Shown here piece by piece: positions 47,487 to 60,468 of a stretch of 64,000 nucleotides of DNA. The stretch lies in the NCBI GenBank assembly GCA_964658305.1, contig OZ210885.1, positions 22,134,001-22,198,000 of the forward strand, written 5' to 3'. The notes beneath the pieces were generated by a model, which worked only from the letters and a program-made list of their open reading frames with translations, did no database searches and was not told the origin of the DNA. The translations under genes were made by a program, and so were the position numbers. The DNA is from Leptogorgia sarmentosa (taxonomy: Eukaryota). How positions within the stretch are numbered: position 1 is the stretch's first letter; each line of letters opens with the position of its first letter.

Positions 47487-50400
47487 ATGCCAATGAGTGA
47501 CTCAGATCTTAATAATCTGCCTTGTTTTGATGTTGCTTCGGCAATATCCAAAATTCCAGTTTTACAAAATATTGATATTGATCAACATCTTCCCAGCCAG
47601 ATAAATTTTAATTATTATTCCGAGCAAGATTTTCTCAATTGTAGAGAAATTACTTCATTATCTAAAAATGATTTTTTTTCAACCATACATTGTAATATTA
47701 GGAGTCTTGCAGCCAATTTTGATAAACTTTCTTTTCTGCTCACTGAACTGAAGTTTCCGTTTTCTGTTATTGGAATTTCGGAAACAAAAATAAATATGTA
47801 TCAAGAGTGTATTGTTAATTCTAATATTAGTGGGTATAATTTTTTATCACAACCCTCTCTTTCAAATGCTGGTGGGGTTGGATTATTTGTAAATAATAAT
47901 TTAAAATATTCAAAAAGAGATGATTTATGCACTTCAAAAAATGAATTCGAAGCACTGTGGATTGATATTGAAGGTCCTGACCAGGGAATAATATGTGGTG
48001 TTTTATATCGACACCCAAAAGCAAATCTTGAAAATTTTACTAATTACTTATACTCTATCCTTGATAAAATTGCAAATGAGAACAAACTATTAATACTTAT
48101 GGGAGATTTTAATATTAATTTACTAAACTACGAATCACATGCTCCAACTGAAAGTTTTGTTAATACTATGTTTACATATAATCTCCAGCCTAAAATTATT
48201 CAACCCACTAGAATAACTTATCATAGTGCAACACTAATTGATAATATCTTTATAAATTCATTAGGCTATCACAATATAAGTGGGAATATATTTTCGGATT
48301 TAACTGACCATTTACCTAATTTTCTTATGATTTACAAAAACTGTTGTAAAGTTTCTGAAACAAATATTTTTAAAAGGGACTATACCAATTTTGATGAGGC
48401 CTCTTTGATTAATGATGTGTCTTCAGTTGATTGGAATGAAACGTTACCACAAAACAATAATGTGAATGATATTTTCAACAGTTTTTATTACAAGATCTCA
48501 GAGGTGATTGAAAATCACGCACCACTCAAAAAATTATCTAGGCAAGAGGTTAAATTTAACTTTAAACCATGGATCACTACAGCATTAAGAGCATCAATTA
48601 AGCAAAAAAATCGACTATATAGGAGACAGTTAAAAAGTAATAATGAATACCTCATCTTGGAATACAAAAGATATCGTAATAAACTTAGTAAGTTGTTAAA
48701 ATTAAGTAAGAAAAATTATTACCAAACTTTTTTTAAAGAAAATTCTCTTAATTTAAAAAAAATATGGGCTGGGATTAGGGATATAGTTAATCCTAAAACA
48801 AAAAGTACTCAAGGAATACCAAGTAAAATAGTTAAGGATAATATTGAAATTACTGATACTAAAATAATTGCTGAAACATTTAACAAATACTTCTCTTCAA
48901 TTGGTTTAAGAACTGCTGACTCAATTAGCTCTAATGGTATTTCACCCCTTGAATACATGGATCATTCAATACTCTCTAGTTTCTTTCTTTCTCCAGTTAC
49001 CTCAAATGAGATTCAACTGGAGATTAATAAACTTGATATATCAAAAACAAGTGGCCCTTTTAGTATTCCAGTTAAGCTTTTAAAAACTCTGTATGCAAAT
49101 TTAACTGAACCATTAGAGATTTTGTATAATTGTTCTTTTAGCTCTGGTATGGTCCCAGATAAATTTAAGATTGCTCAAGTTGTGCCTGTATTTAAGAATG
49201 GATCTGCAATTTATGTTAATAATTATCGACCAATTTCATTATTGTCTATATTTAATAGAATATTGGAGAAACTAATGTATAAGAGGTTGATGAAATATAT
49301 TGAGAAATTAAATATAATATTTGAAAATCAATTTGGATTTAGGTCAGGATATTCCACTGTACAAGCAGTAACTCTTATTACTGACAAAATTCAAAAAGCA
49401 ATTGAAAATAAACAATACTCTTGTGGAATATTTTTAGATTTAAGTAAGGCTTTTGACACTGTAAATCATGATATCCTGATCACAAAATTAGAACACTATG
49501 GAATTCGGGGCATAGCTAAAGATTGGTTTAAATCATATTTATTTAATAGAAAACAATATGTTTCAATAAGGGGGATTAATTCAGATGTAGAGCATATTTC
49601 CTGTGGAGTGCCTCAAGGTTCTGTTTTAGGACCATTGTTATTTCTTTTATATATTAATGACTTTGGAAATTGCTCTGATCTTTTTGATTTTCACCTGTTT
49701 GCCGATGATGCAAATTTATTTTTTTCACATGACAATTTACTTCGGCTGGAAGAACTGATAAATTACAATCTGATCAAGGTACAATCTTGGTTATCTGCAA
49801 ATAGACTATGTTTAAATATTGATAAAACTAATTATGTTATATTTCACACACCCCAAAAATTAATTACTCATAATCTTAAACTTCATATTAATTGCGTAGA
49901 TATCAAACAAGCAAGTTTTGTTAAATATCTAGGTATTCATATTGACTCTCATTTAAATTGGAAAACTCAAGTTCATAATATTTTTAAAAAAATTCAAAGA
50001 AGTATTGGCATTCTCTCAAAACTTCGCTATTATGTTACATCTAAAATTCTTCTTCAGCTTTATTATTCTTTGATATATCCTTTTCTTACATATGGAATTG
50101 TAGTTTGGAGAAATACCTACGAATCTTCTCTGAAACCACTAGTGCTCTTACAAAAACGAGTGGTGCGTGTAATCACTTTTTCGGGTTATGATGAACATAC
50201 TAGTCCTTTATTCAAAAATCTTGGTCTTTTAAAGCTGTTTGATATAATTAGGATGTCCAATTTACTATTTATGCATGATTTCTATAAAAAAAAACTTCCC
50301 ACTGTATTTAACGACTTTTTCCTACCTATTTGTGATAGTCACAAGTTTGCTACTAGATTAGCAGTAAAAATCAGCTATTGTATGCCAATTGTTAGAACAA

Positions 50401-50528
50401 ATTATGGTAAATTCTCTATTCGATCCAAGGGACCCCATATTTGGAATGAAGTAGATGATAGCCTCAAAACATTAACTAAATCAGTTTTTAAGAAAAAAAT
50501 TAAAGTCAAATTTATTAGTGAATATTAG
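47487..50528 (+). CDS. LINE ORF2: APE endonuclease + reverse transcriptase (1013 aa, open)
   Basis: HCNIRS, ISET, GDFN, TLIDN, TDH; NYRPISLL, DLSKAFD, GVPQGSVLGP, FADD, YLG. Confidence 0.97.
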   Translation: MPMSDSDLNNLPCFDVASAISKIPVLQNIDIDQHLPSQINFNYYSEQDFLNCREITSLSKNDFFSTIHCNIRSLAANFDKLSFLLTELKFPFSVIGISETKINMYQECIVNSNISGYNFLSQPSLSNAGGVGLFVNNNLKYSKRDDLCTSKNEFEALWIDIEGPDQGIICGVLYRHPKANLENFTNYLYSILDKIANENKLLILMGDFNINLLNYESHAPTESFVNTMFTYNLQPKIIQPTRITYHSATLIDNIFINSLGYHNISGNIFSDLTDHLPNFLMIYKNCCKVSETNIFKRDYTNFDEASLINDVSSVDWNETLPQNNNVNDIFNSFYYKISEVIENHAPLKKLSRQEVKFNFKPWITTALRASIKQKNRLYRRQLKSNNEYLILEYKRYRNKLSKLLKLSKKNYYQTFFKENSLNLKKIWAGIRDIVNPKTKSTQGIPSKIVKDNIEITDTKIIAETFNKYFSSIGLRTADSISSNGISPLEYMDHSILSSFFLSPVTSNEIQLEINKLDISKTSGPFSIPVKLLKTLYANLTEPLEILYNCSFSSGMVPDKFKIAQVVPVFKNGSAIYVNNYRPISLLSIFNRILEKLMYKRLMKYIEKLNIIFENQFGFRSGYSTVQAVTLITDKIQKAIENKQYSCGIFLDLSKAFDTVNHDILITKLEHYGIRGIAKDWFKSYLFNRKQYVSIRGINSDVEHISCGVPQGSVLGPLLFLLYINDFGNCSDLFDFHLFADDANLFFSHDNLLRLEELINYNLIKVQSWLSANRLCLNIDKTNYVIFHTPQKLITHNLKLHINCVDIKQASFVKYLGIHIDSHLNWKTQVHNIFKKIQRSIGILSKLRYYVTSKILLQLYYSLIYPFLTYGIVVWRNTYESSLKPLVLLQKRVVRVITFSGYDEHTSPLFKNLGLLKLFDIIRMSNLLFMHDFYKKKLPTVFNDFFLPICDSHKFATRLAVKISYCMPIVRTNYGKFSIRSKGPHIWNEVDDSLKTLTKSVFKKKIKVKFISEY

Positions 50529-51784
50529 TAATATATTTATTCTGTTTTATTTTAAAATGATCAAAAATAAAAATTATAATCAACGAATATTAACTTTTTA
50601 TTTGTTTCTGTTTTTTATATTTTAAAAAACCTTAGATTATATTTGAATAATTATGTTGTACCATGACCGTGTATCTAATGTTGACCCACAGAGGCTCGAA
50701 TACTAAAATGAGGATATCTGACTTTGATTAGCGTATAAGCTATTTCAGATACCCTGTACCTATTTTGTTTTAATAACGTGTGGAAAAACTCTGTAAATAA
50801 TGTATTTTGTTGGTGGTGCGAATAAATCTTCTTCTTCACTGGATACCCGGTTTTCTTTTGTTTCTACAACATATGCCTTGTTTCCATTGTTTCGAAAAGA
50901 ACCCAGATTGTCGGCTTTGTAATCCTCGTAATGGTTCAACTTTGTAGTATCAATTACAAAACTTGCATTCTCTTGACAACCGATTGGTCTTCGTTGACAA
51001 ATCCGATCTTTATCAGGGTTTAGGAGTAGAATTTCCACCAGTCTTTCAACATCATCCGACTGTTTTTTTCCTTTCTCAAAATAAGGTGTTCTTGAATTTT
51101 GTCGATAATAAGAGATATCGATTGGCTCGTCGCTATGACAAAATGAAAAATACAGCCTGAAATTATGCATGACAATTATTACACAATCTACAGAAAACCT
51201 GCTTATGTAGTAGACAACTAGCTGAGTTACGGAGTCAAAAAGGCAAAGAGTATGGCAGTTTCGACTGATGAATTTGATTTTCGATTTGAATCTCTGTTTT
51301 TGTCGTTTTTCATTAAATGCTTCATGATCATTAATCTGTCATGTGAGGTTTTGCGCATCCAGATATTTAGGAAATTACTCCAGTTTGCAAGCGGTTTTTT
51401 GCAAAGCATTTAGTATTACGGGGAGAATCTGAAGATTCATGATATCATGCAGAGCACCTCACCTATCATCCGAGTTATCCGGCATGATATCATCTTCCTC
51501 CATTTTCGAAGCTTTCCATTTAATTGGAGACTCAGTTAAGTCAATAAATACATCCTGCAAAATAATTTAGTAGTGTGTTAGTAGAAAGCAAGACCACTTT
51601 TACCTCCGTCCAAGTAATAAGAACATTTTAAAATTCGACAAGGACTACAATCATTGTCAATATGGTCTACCTCAATTTTTCATCCTTCACTGGATGACTA
51701 TTCAGCAAATGTTTTCTCAGCTTTTTTTTTGATCGGCAAACCACATCACACTGGGTACAAGGATAACCCTGAAGAATAAAAGTA

Positions 51785-51785
<1 letters not shown>

Positions 51786-51830
<45 letters not shown>

Positions 51831-51862
51831 CGGACGGACGGACGGACGGACGGACGGACGGA
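51786..51862. repeat. Compound microsatellite (TA)n(GA)n(GACG)n
   Basis: Directly visible. Confidence 0.95.
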
Positions 51863-52752
51863 CAGACCTTTAAAAGCATCTTCTTATCAGATGAACTTAA
51901 TATGGAACTAGTATGAGGAAAGTTTGTTTAAGGCTAGCGCCTGTGGCAAAATGATATAACTTTGGGCTAGTAATCAAGAAACAAACATTGAACAGCGAAT
52001 GTGGTGTGGGTGGTCACTGGGCAAATGAACTGTTTACCATAATATGATGTCAAGCATTTGTGCTTGAAAGAAAAAAGGAATGCATATGACCTGTACATAG
52101 AAATATCATATCTTACATGGTCTTCTTATAAAAACCTTGCCCTATGGGCTGGTGAAAACTATCGGTGAAAACTATGAAGTAAAAACTGTAATAGACAGGC
52201 TTAACACAAAGTTCATGGGCAATGTTAACAGTTTAATACACTTTAAACAAATTATCATGAGTTGTACAAGATTGTCATAAATTCCATACTTGAATATGCA
52301 ATCTAATTTTGCAAATTAGCTGAAAGGCTTCTAGAATATCTACGTGCAAAGACCAGTACTATACAGTCGAGAATTACAAAGTGTTTTAAACAAAACATAA
52401 TCCGACAAGAAAATGCGCTTTCACGATGTCTGGATTTGAAATTATTCAGTGATTGAAAATTATCATCTGGCTAAAGAAATTTAATGCATTGTGTTTCACA
52501 AGGTCCGTCATTCTGTCAGGTTATGTTTTGTTTGAACAACTTCAAAGAACATTTAAAAACATTCACATAACTTACAACCGATGTAATTTGTGAATTTTAT
52601 AAAAGTAGTAAATACTCGAATATTCATACCTAGAACGAGGGGCATAAATAATTGTTTAAAATGTTTTGCTCAAAATTAAGAGTCTCTATATACTTGCTGT
52701 TTTCACTGCAAAGTTATCGTCGTTTTGGTCCCAACCCCAGCCTATATTTTCT

Positions 52753-54465
52753 TCATTCATATTTGATTCTATTTACAAGTGCTATAGCTGTTGTTTTCTG
52801 CAACAAATCACGTCCTTCTTGGCAGGCAGAGCATCGTTTTTCGATCTCCACTCGAGAAATGATAGGTGATTCATGAATCATATCCCTAAACAGTCTGTGA
52901 ATTGTGTCGACTTCATTGTAATTGAAGGTGCTATTCCTTTCCGAAGGAGGAATGATGCTTGCTGATAACTGGTCAATATCAGTTCCGGTTTCTTCCGTAT
53001 TCATTTCAACACTTCCCATCCTCTCTAGCTTATCTTGCAAGGAATCTTGCGCTTCAGGTGGTTCTGCCCCATGGTCAGATGAATTACAGTCTGTCTTGGC
53101 ATCTTTTTTCAGTTTGTCATAAATTCGTCTGGGAGACATACTGCGAAGCTCTTTGTGTGTTTCAACACCTTTACGAACAACGTCTAGCGTCAGGTTATTC
53201 TTTAGCATATCATCTTTGAAGTGTTTTGTCACTTTTGCCAGTTCATCGTCAGTCCATGGAATTCTTTTACTTTGTGTGGTCTCGGGGGATTTGGCCTGCT
53301 CACTCTCTAGAAGCTTTCTCTTTTTCTCACCAACTGTTGTTTCCTTCGTTGCCGTATCTTTATCTCCATGATCGATTCGCATCAGCCGTCCAAGGTTTTT
53401 CGATACTTCTACTGACGTCTTCGATTTTTCTGAAAGAAGATAATACTTCTTTGCGGTTGCTTCATTATGAGCCATTAGGTCAGCTAATTTCCCACTCATT
53501 TCAGGCTTATCGATGTGGACCTTCGTAACAGCCGCCTTCCTAAAGGAAGTTGATGTTATTTTGACGTCTAATCCAGCTTTCTTAAAGACGGATTGGACAG
53601 CCTTAGTAATGTGTCCAGACTTCATTGCGTTTCCATTCCAGGACAAGAAAACTGGACCATTGGTTCTTGTTGTAACATGGAATCGCATAGCACCAACAAA
53701 TATGGACATCCTCAAGGATAGCAGCACTATCATCATCATCGTCATCACTTTCACTTTCACCAACAAATCCAACGTCTTCAACAAAATCTTTTCCATTATC
53801 ATCCTCCTGCTCTTTCCCATGTTCCTCCTCAAGTTCCTTGTTTTCTTCTGAATGCTGAGGGCTTTGTTTTGTATCCCACGTCTTTCTTTTCAACTTCTCT
53901 TCCTGCCACCTTATCACAGCATGTTTACGATTTGGGGCAACAGGAGCATTCAAAACCGCATCTTTGTACTCCTTCGATGCTTTGTCCAATTTGTGAACTT
54001 TTTGCAAGTGCTTTGGCAAACGACGAACAATCGAGTGGCAGTTGTCAAAGGGACACTTGCGGCGGCAACGATAATCCTTTTTCTTTGTTTCTTTGGTCAG
54101 TCTTTTCCGGATGTTGTACTTCACCAATACTTTGGAAGCTGCTTCTTTTGTCCAGTGATGTACATTTCGCATATGCCTAGGTAGATGTACAACCTTAGCT
54201 TTGCACGCAATCAATAGGCATGAGATTTTCCTCCTTTCAGATGGGCCTCCTTCATCCAAAGCAGATGTTTTCGTCACTGTATCATCTACTTCAGCCTGTT
54301 CCGAATTATCGGCTTGCTTATCGTTGATTTCAGTCTCGTTCACTTTAGTCTGTTTGCTTGAATGTCCTTCACTTTCCTTTTGAGTAGGTGCATTCTCAGA
54401 AGGAGTCCAACTTTCATCACTTGACTCACGGTAACTTTCACTATCAGAGAATTCCGAGCTTTCCT
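52753..54465 (-). pseudogene. Tyrosine recombinase (Crypton-like) with two N-terminal C2H2-like fingers and C-terminal Myb/SANT-like repeats; internally deleted
   Basis: VFLSWNG..ITSTSFRK..LADLMAHNEATAKKYY (R, H and Y catalytic positions). CLLIAC..LPRHMRNVH and CPFDNC..LPKHLQKVH; RIPWTDDE. A frame switch near 53700 joins the acidic tract directly to the mid-catalytic domain. Confidence 0.75.
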
Positions 54466-56332
54466 GAAAATATAATTGTATCCATACTTTGATCAGCGGT
54501 AGACTGAAGTTTAGGGTGCGAGTCATTTGTTTGGAATGCAATTCATCCTGATTTACAGTAGGTGCGGCATAACACTAATTAGCCTATTGGGAAAACTTTC
54601 AACTTTTTTCTAGCTGTTTTGAAAGAACGTTTCTCGAACCCTAATCTCAGCTAATTTATTAAGCTACATCCTTCATTTACAAAAACGATGTGAAAGAAAG
54701 TGATGACTATACAACCTAGCCTGTTAAACAATAACCAGCTTTACTAAAACTACATGCATACATATAATGCCAAACCTGTTTTATGTTGGAGCTGTTTTCC
54801 GTTTCAATATTTTTGCTCGTTGTTGATGGCAACCTTTCTTCTTTTATTAAGTTCTCTATATCATCGAGATATCTTTCGATCTCAAGTAAGCGCACCTAGA
54901 AACAGGTAAGCGTAACACTTTACAAATATTGTACATTATTTAAGTAGCAAGACTCACACATAGCGCATGAATAAATGGGGCTAAACGTAACCAATGCATG
55001 CTGTTTTAATTTCCCAGCTTTAACTTCTATAATAAAAAGGGAATAAGAAGACGACATAAGAATATTTGCATGAAACAATATATTTTTATAACTTACCGGG
55101 ACATCAGGAAGACAAAACTTATACTGAACAATTCTTTCGTTTTTTACATCTTTAAATTCAATATTACACTCTCCTTTATCATTCTAAAATATGATCAAAT
55201 TGTGAATGGTATATTCAGGCACATACTGTAGGCGTTTCAAAGCCTTCAAAGGCAATTATATGTACTCTTAGCAATATTCAAAGAATAATTTTACACAACA
55301 TGATTTTACTTACTTTGATCTAGTCTTGAATATTAGAAAGCAACGCCAGAATATGAGCTTGGTTCTTTCCGTTTTTTAAAAACGAAAAACAACCATTGAG
55401 GATGCCATTCATTGTAAGGAGTTTAAACACAAATACCTGTAAGTCAAAATCTGGTATGAACATAGACTGAACTAGTTCTAAGTTTCTAACAGAAAGATTG
55501 ATGAATAAAACTACTGCAAACTTTTAGACATTTATGTACTACTTTTTCCCCGTATAAGTCGAAATCTGGTATTACCATAAATGTACTGGCTCTAGCACAA
55601 AAACCGCTATAGAGAACTAACCCAAACTTTCACATGCTCATGTATATATATTGGGAAATATTTCAACAACTGAAAAAAATTATTTGCTGGCAGCATTGAG
55701 ACTGTAGGTGCCGTTTTTGTACTATTGGTTATATTAGACTTTGTTAATTAACACGGTACAACAGCATAAAGCCACCTTAACTATGTCAGATTGAGTGATA
55801 CACAAAATAAAATCTCAGAAACGCTTAGAGGATGTATACACAATTATTTTCATGTGTAGAGCACAGATATGGCTTGTGTATTAGCAAGGATATATTAACA
55901 TAACTTGGTACAATCCTACATTTTTCCCGTATCAGTCGAAATCTGGTATATATAGAAATATTTCACATGTAAAATTAAATGATTTAATGGCAGTAATGGG
56001 ACTATTTTATCGTATCATTATACCTTGTTAAAGTGCCTATCACCCAATTTTTTTTATTTCATCAATGAAAAGTACAACCTTCGAATAGTGGGAATGTCCA
56101 CAAAGATATTTCATTTTGCCCTGTTGTTCGTATTTTTTTTGCCTCGAAACAGCTGAATAGCGCATATTTTCCTCACCAGTTACATTTTGGCTGTGCGAAG
56201 CTTCTTGCCGGCAGATTGGGGCGAGTGACGTAGCAGGAGTAACTCGTGCTCCCAACAATTTACAAATTCTATTTGCATAAACACCGCGCTAGTGTCCTGC
56301 TGTTGAAATTGTTTTACCTTTTGCGAGAGAAA

Positions 56333-59300
56333 ATGCCTAATAGATGTGTAGCGGCTGGTTGTTCAAATGTTCCTGATCCTTCCAAGAGTATTGGCCTTCA
56401 TAAATTTCCTGAAGACAATGATTTGGAAAAGAAAAGAAGGAGACTTTGGGTCGCGTTCGTGCGGACAAAACGTGCGAAATGGTCTCCCACAGCTACATCA
56501 CGCCTTTGCTCACAGCATTTTAAAGCTGATGATTTTAAGAGCCCCTTTATAACAATTCCAGGGACGACTTTCGTTAGTCGCGCGGTGTTGAAAAAGGATG
56601 CTATTCCTACTATACACAGCGATAAAGCCGAACCAAGCAATGTTGAGCATGACATTGTTGATTCGCGTTCGAACAGAGAGCATCGCAGTGTAAGTAAAAC
56701 TGTACAAATATATTTGTACACTTTGTGTTTCTGTATTTACTTGGAGATTTACTTAACATCGCTTCTGTTGTCATATTTTTGTCTCACAAATATGCGTCTT
56801 TATTTTGCATAGGTTATAAGGGGGTTGCTAAAGGAAAGCGTGACCAAAACAAGTGACGAGGCCGGAGAGGAAACAATGACACCCTGTGAAAGTGTTGTGC
56901 TTCTGTCCGAGCCTTATTTAGAAGGTGGCTCGATTCACACTTTGGAACAATCGTTCGCTGTAAGTCGAAACATGTGTTTTTCCTAATCGCAAAATTGCGT
57001 GCGTATTGCGCGAATAGAAACATCTGAAGTCATACGATTTATTATTGTTATTTCGCAGACGCAAGAATTTTCCACTCAAACACCCGAGTGCCTTGGCTGC
57101 AAAAATTTGCGTGGCAAAAATCGCCAGCTCAGGAACAAGATTATTGATCTTGAAACAAAAATAGAAAAGCAAGAAAATCGAATTCAGCAACAAAAAGGTA
57201 ACATACTGGATCTGCATGCAAAAGAATGGTTCTGCCGTGCCTGGTAATTTGTATAGTATTCATGTTGGGGATTTACCCTCCCCTAAATCCCCAATGTATT
57301 ATCATGAAAATGCAGTTGTGAAAAATGATAAAACAAATTCCCGCACAATTTTTTTGGACTTTAATACTCTAATGTTGTCAATTTCGTATTCAGAGGACCT
57401 TGATACCAGTATGAGCACCATAACTTCAATGGAAAACATCATTGTTGAACATGAAGAAGCTCGAATGGCCAGTGATGATGAAGTGGACGCAGAAGTGGAT
57501 ATTGAGGAGGAACCGCAGTTTTCTGAAGCATCATCTGAACATGATATGTATGCAAATCCTGAGTCCAACAGTGATGAGTATCCGTCAGAATCATCTTCAG
57601 ATGATGAAGAACCAGAATTACCAACAATGTAAGTCATGCTCAATTAACTGAGTTTAAGATTTAGTTGTGAGCTAGCTTCAAAATACTAGAAAATGCACAG
57701 TTCAGTAGGTGATTTTTTGGTTCTATTCTGCAGGGAGTCAAGCAATTCTGAAAGTATGCGGACAGAGCCAAAGTTCATTGTCTTCCTGTCTCAACTGCTA
57801 CTCCTGTTCAATACCTGTCCAACATGCAAGTCAGATGAACCATTTATTGAGACAAGTGTCATTGGCACCATGGTCAAAGTAAAAACACAGTGTTTTAATC
57901 CACATTGTCCATCACCAATCAATACTTGGAGGAGTCAACCAATCATGACAGGAACCAAAATGGCTGCAATGAATTTCTTGCTATGCTTTTCCGTTTTGGT
58001 GTCTGGTGCTTCTCCATCGAAAACATTTTTAGTGTTTAGGAACATGGGTTTTTCATGTATTTCTTTGAAGACATACTTCAAACATCAGGCTGTAAGTACA
58101 TTTGAGGTGAAAGCTAGTTCACTGAGTATTGTGAGTTCATGCCCTGGTAGCTGTATCAACTCCACAATAAAAATAATTCTTTGTCACAATTGAAATCAGT
58201 ATAGTATGAAAATAAAATGTCATTTAATTTCTTTTCAGAAAAAGATCTTTCCAACAGTTCATTTGTATTGGAAAAAGTACCAACAAGGTATGGTGGAGAA
58301 ACTGAAGGCTAATGATGTGAATATGGTTATCGCTGGTGATGGCCGACATGATAGCATGGGGCATAGTGCCAAATATTGTGCGTACACATTATTTTGTTGC
58401 ACAGTTCCACTTATTCTAGATTTTTCTTTGATTCAGGTGGGTAAAATCATTGAAAGCTATTGTTTTCCCATTTAATCATAGAATTTGTCCTTTATTCAAC
58501 AACTCAGTTAAGGTGACTAGATTATAATTTTACTATTATTTCCATTTGACAGAGGAATGTTGCAGGAAGTAGCCAAGCAATGGAGATGGTGGGTTTCAAG
58601 CAATGCATGGACAGCCTGCTAGTGTCTGGGATTATCTTCGACACCTTCATAAGTGACCGCCACTCTGCTATTGCAAAATACATGAGGTAAAACTTGTCAC
58701 ACATCAAACATTACTTTGATTTGTGGCATCTCAAAAAGAGTTGAGTATTGTTAATTTTCCCTAACAAAATATATGTCCTCATTTGAATACTGCCTTGTAA
58801 TAATCCTGATAATTACATCATTGTCCAGGTCCTAATGCTGAGCACAAAAAAAATGTTTGCATATATAATAGATATTGAATATATTTTTCTTAGAGATTCA
58901 CAAAGTGCTAACTAAAATTAGCAAGGAAAAAGATTGTGAACACCAAGCTGAGTGGATAAAGCCCTGCGGAAACCACCTGATGTGGAGTGCGACATCTACA
59001 CCATCTGGTGACGGGGAGATCATTTGGGCTAAGTTTGAGTCTTTCCTGTCACATATTGTGAATAAACACACTGACCTCCCCAATGCAAATTTCAACAAGT
59101 GCGCTCATGGAGAAGCTATATTTGACAGGCGCTGGCTCGTAGAAGGTAGGTATATAATGAGGAGAGATAATGAGCATTTGTGATCTTTTGACTATGTATG
59201 TCAGGGGGAAGCAAGGGTAATATATATCATAATTGTCATGTGATCTGTCTTTGATTCAAGATACACCAGTTTATGAGAAACTTTGCAAAGTCCTGAAGAA

Positions 59301-60373
59301 AACCTCACTGATGAAAGGCATAAAGAAAGCATCTCCAGTTGCTCAAACTAGTTGTCTTGAGGGCTTTCATTCTGTGCTTAATCAGTTTGCACCCAAAATG
59401 ATAGCTTACTCATACCAAGGAATGTACTGCAGGTAATATATCAACCTACACAATTGTGTATAATTCACCATAACATGTGTGAATGTATTGTATATTGTTT
59501 ATACAATACATAGGTGTATCTATCTATGCATTTGATCATCAATATCCTAATACTCAGTTGACTAGTACATGTGACAGTTTTGTGTTATCATGCATGCCAG
59601 GTAGAGAATGTGCTAATTATGTATATTGATTGAAATTTTCACACAAATTATTCAAAGCTTTTAATTAATACATATATTGTATGTGTTGTTTTTTTTATAG
59701 GCACATAATTGCAGCAGTCATTTCAATAATAATCTGCACCGGAATAATCAAATAAATGCAGATGGAACCGAGCAAATAAAAATTGTTTATCCCAAATTCA
59801 AAAATGGTGAAGCCACAGTAAGAAATGTCAAAGTGAAGCCAAACTATGGTATGAACAACCTAGATTAGGGATCTCAAAGCTAAAGTGTCTAAAAATCTCA
59901 AAGATTTTATACTTTATTGTAGATTATGTTGAAGAAATATTAAACACTTTTCTTGATGCCAAGTTGGGTAAAAAATTAAAGGCATCAAGAAAAGAGTTGG
60001 AGATGATGGAACCTGCTCCCATGAACACGATGCTTCAAAAACAGCCAAGAGAGGAAGCAACAGAAGCATGGAGAAAACGAAAACCCATTGTTGTGCAAGA
60101 GGTTCCTGGCACTTTACCAGGTATTGTGATATATACTTATGTAATTCAAATTCTAATATAAAAGAACAAAGTATATATTCACCAATATATTCTTTGTTTA
60201 AAACACAATTTACATATGCATATCTCTAAAATATATAATTTTTTGTTTCAGAGTCCCTTTCAACTGCATCTCAGGCTCAGTCTGCAAAAAGAGCAAGATA
60301 CTGTCGGTCCTGCAAAAACCCCATGAAAGGGCATAAGAATGTGACAGAATGTCCAAGAAACATGCAGGCCTGA
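56333..60373 (+). pseudogene. Kolobok THAP-domain DDE transposase, multi-exon
   Basis: THAP MPNRCVAAGCSN..LCSQHF..AIPTI; GDGRHDSMGHSAKY, ISDRH, FDLWH, TSCLEGFHS. In-frame TAA at ~58688 and an apparent 1-bp deletion at ~59720. Confidence 0.88.
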
Positions 60374-60468
60374 CGAAATGTACATAATTCTTCTTGATAG
60401 TTTTTTTATTAATTTAATTCATTAAAATATAAAACAATTGTTATGATGTATAACATGCTGTTGAATTA

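Larger units (their letters stand above)
46480..50837 (+). mobile_element. Full-length CR1/L2-group non-LTR retrotransposon
   Basis: ORF1 + ORF2, with a 3' end AATAAA-(TCT/TTC)n. MULE-3 coding sequence resumes on both sides. No clear TSD. Confidence 0.9.
44166..51770 (-). pseudogene. MULE-3 transposase (upstream C2H2 exon, DDE core, SWIM, C-terminal Cys/His cluster), split by a LINE
   Basis: CTQC..H..H at ~51700-51770, NASFVID..ADNLGSF, HGN, LGIDTTYN, IGSDRD, ACKKH, NNANESMN, and SWIM CDC..CAH. Stop at 44868 plus frameshifts. A possible terminus is at ~42117 (GGCAGGTC..TGCAGACTGCAGAC). Confidence 0.85.
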
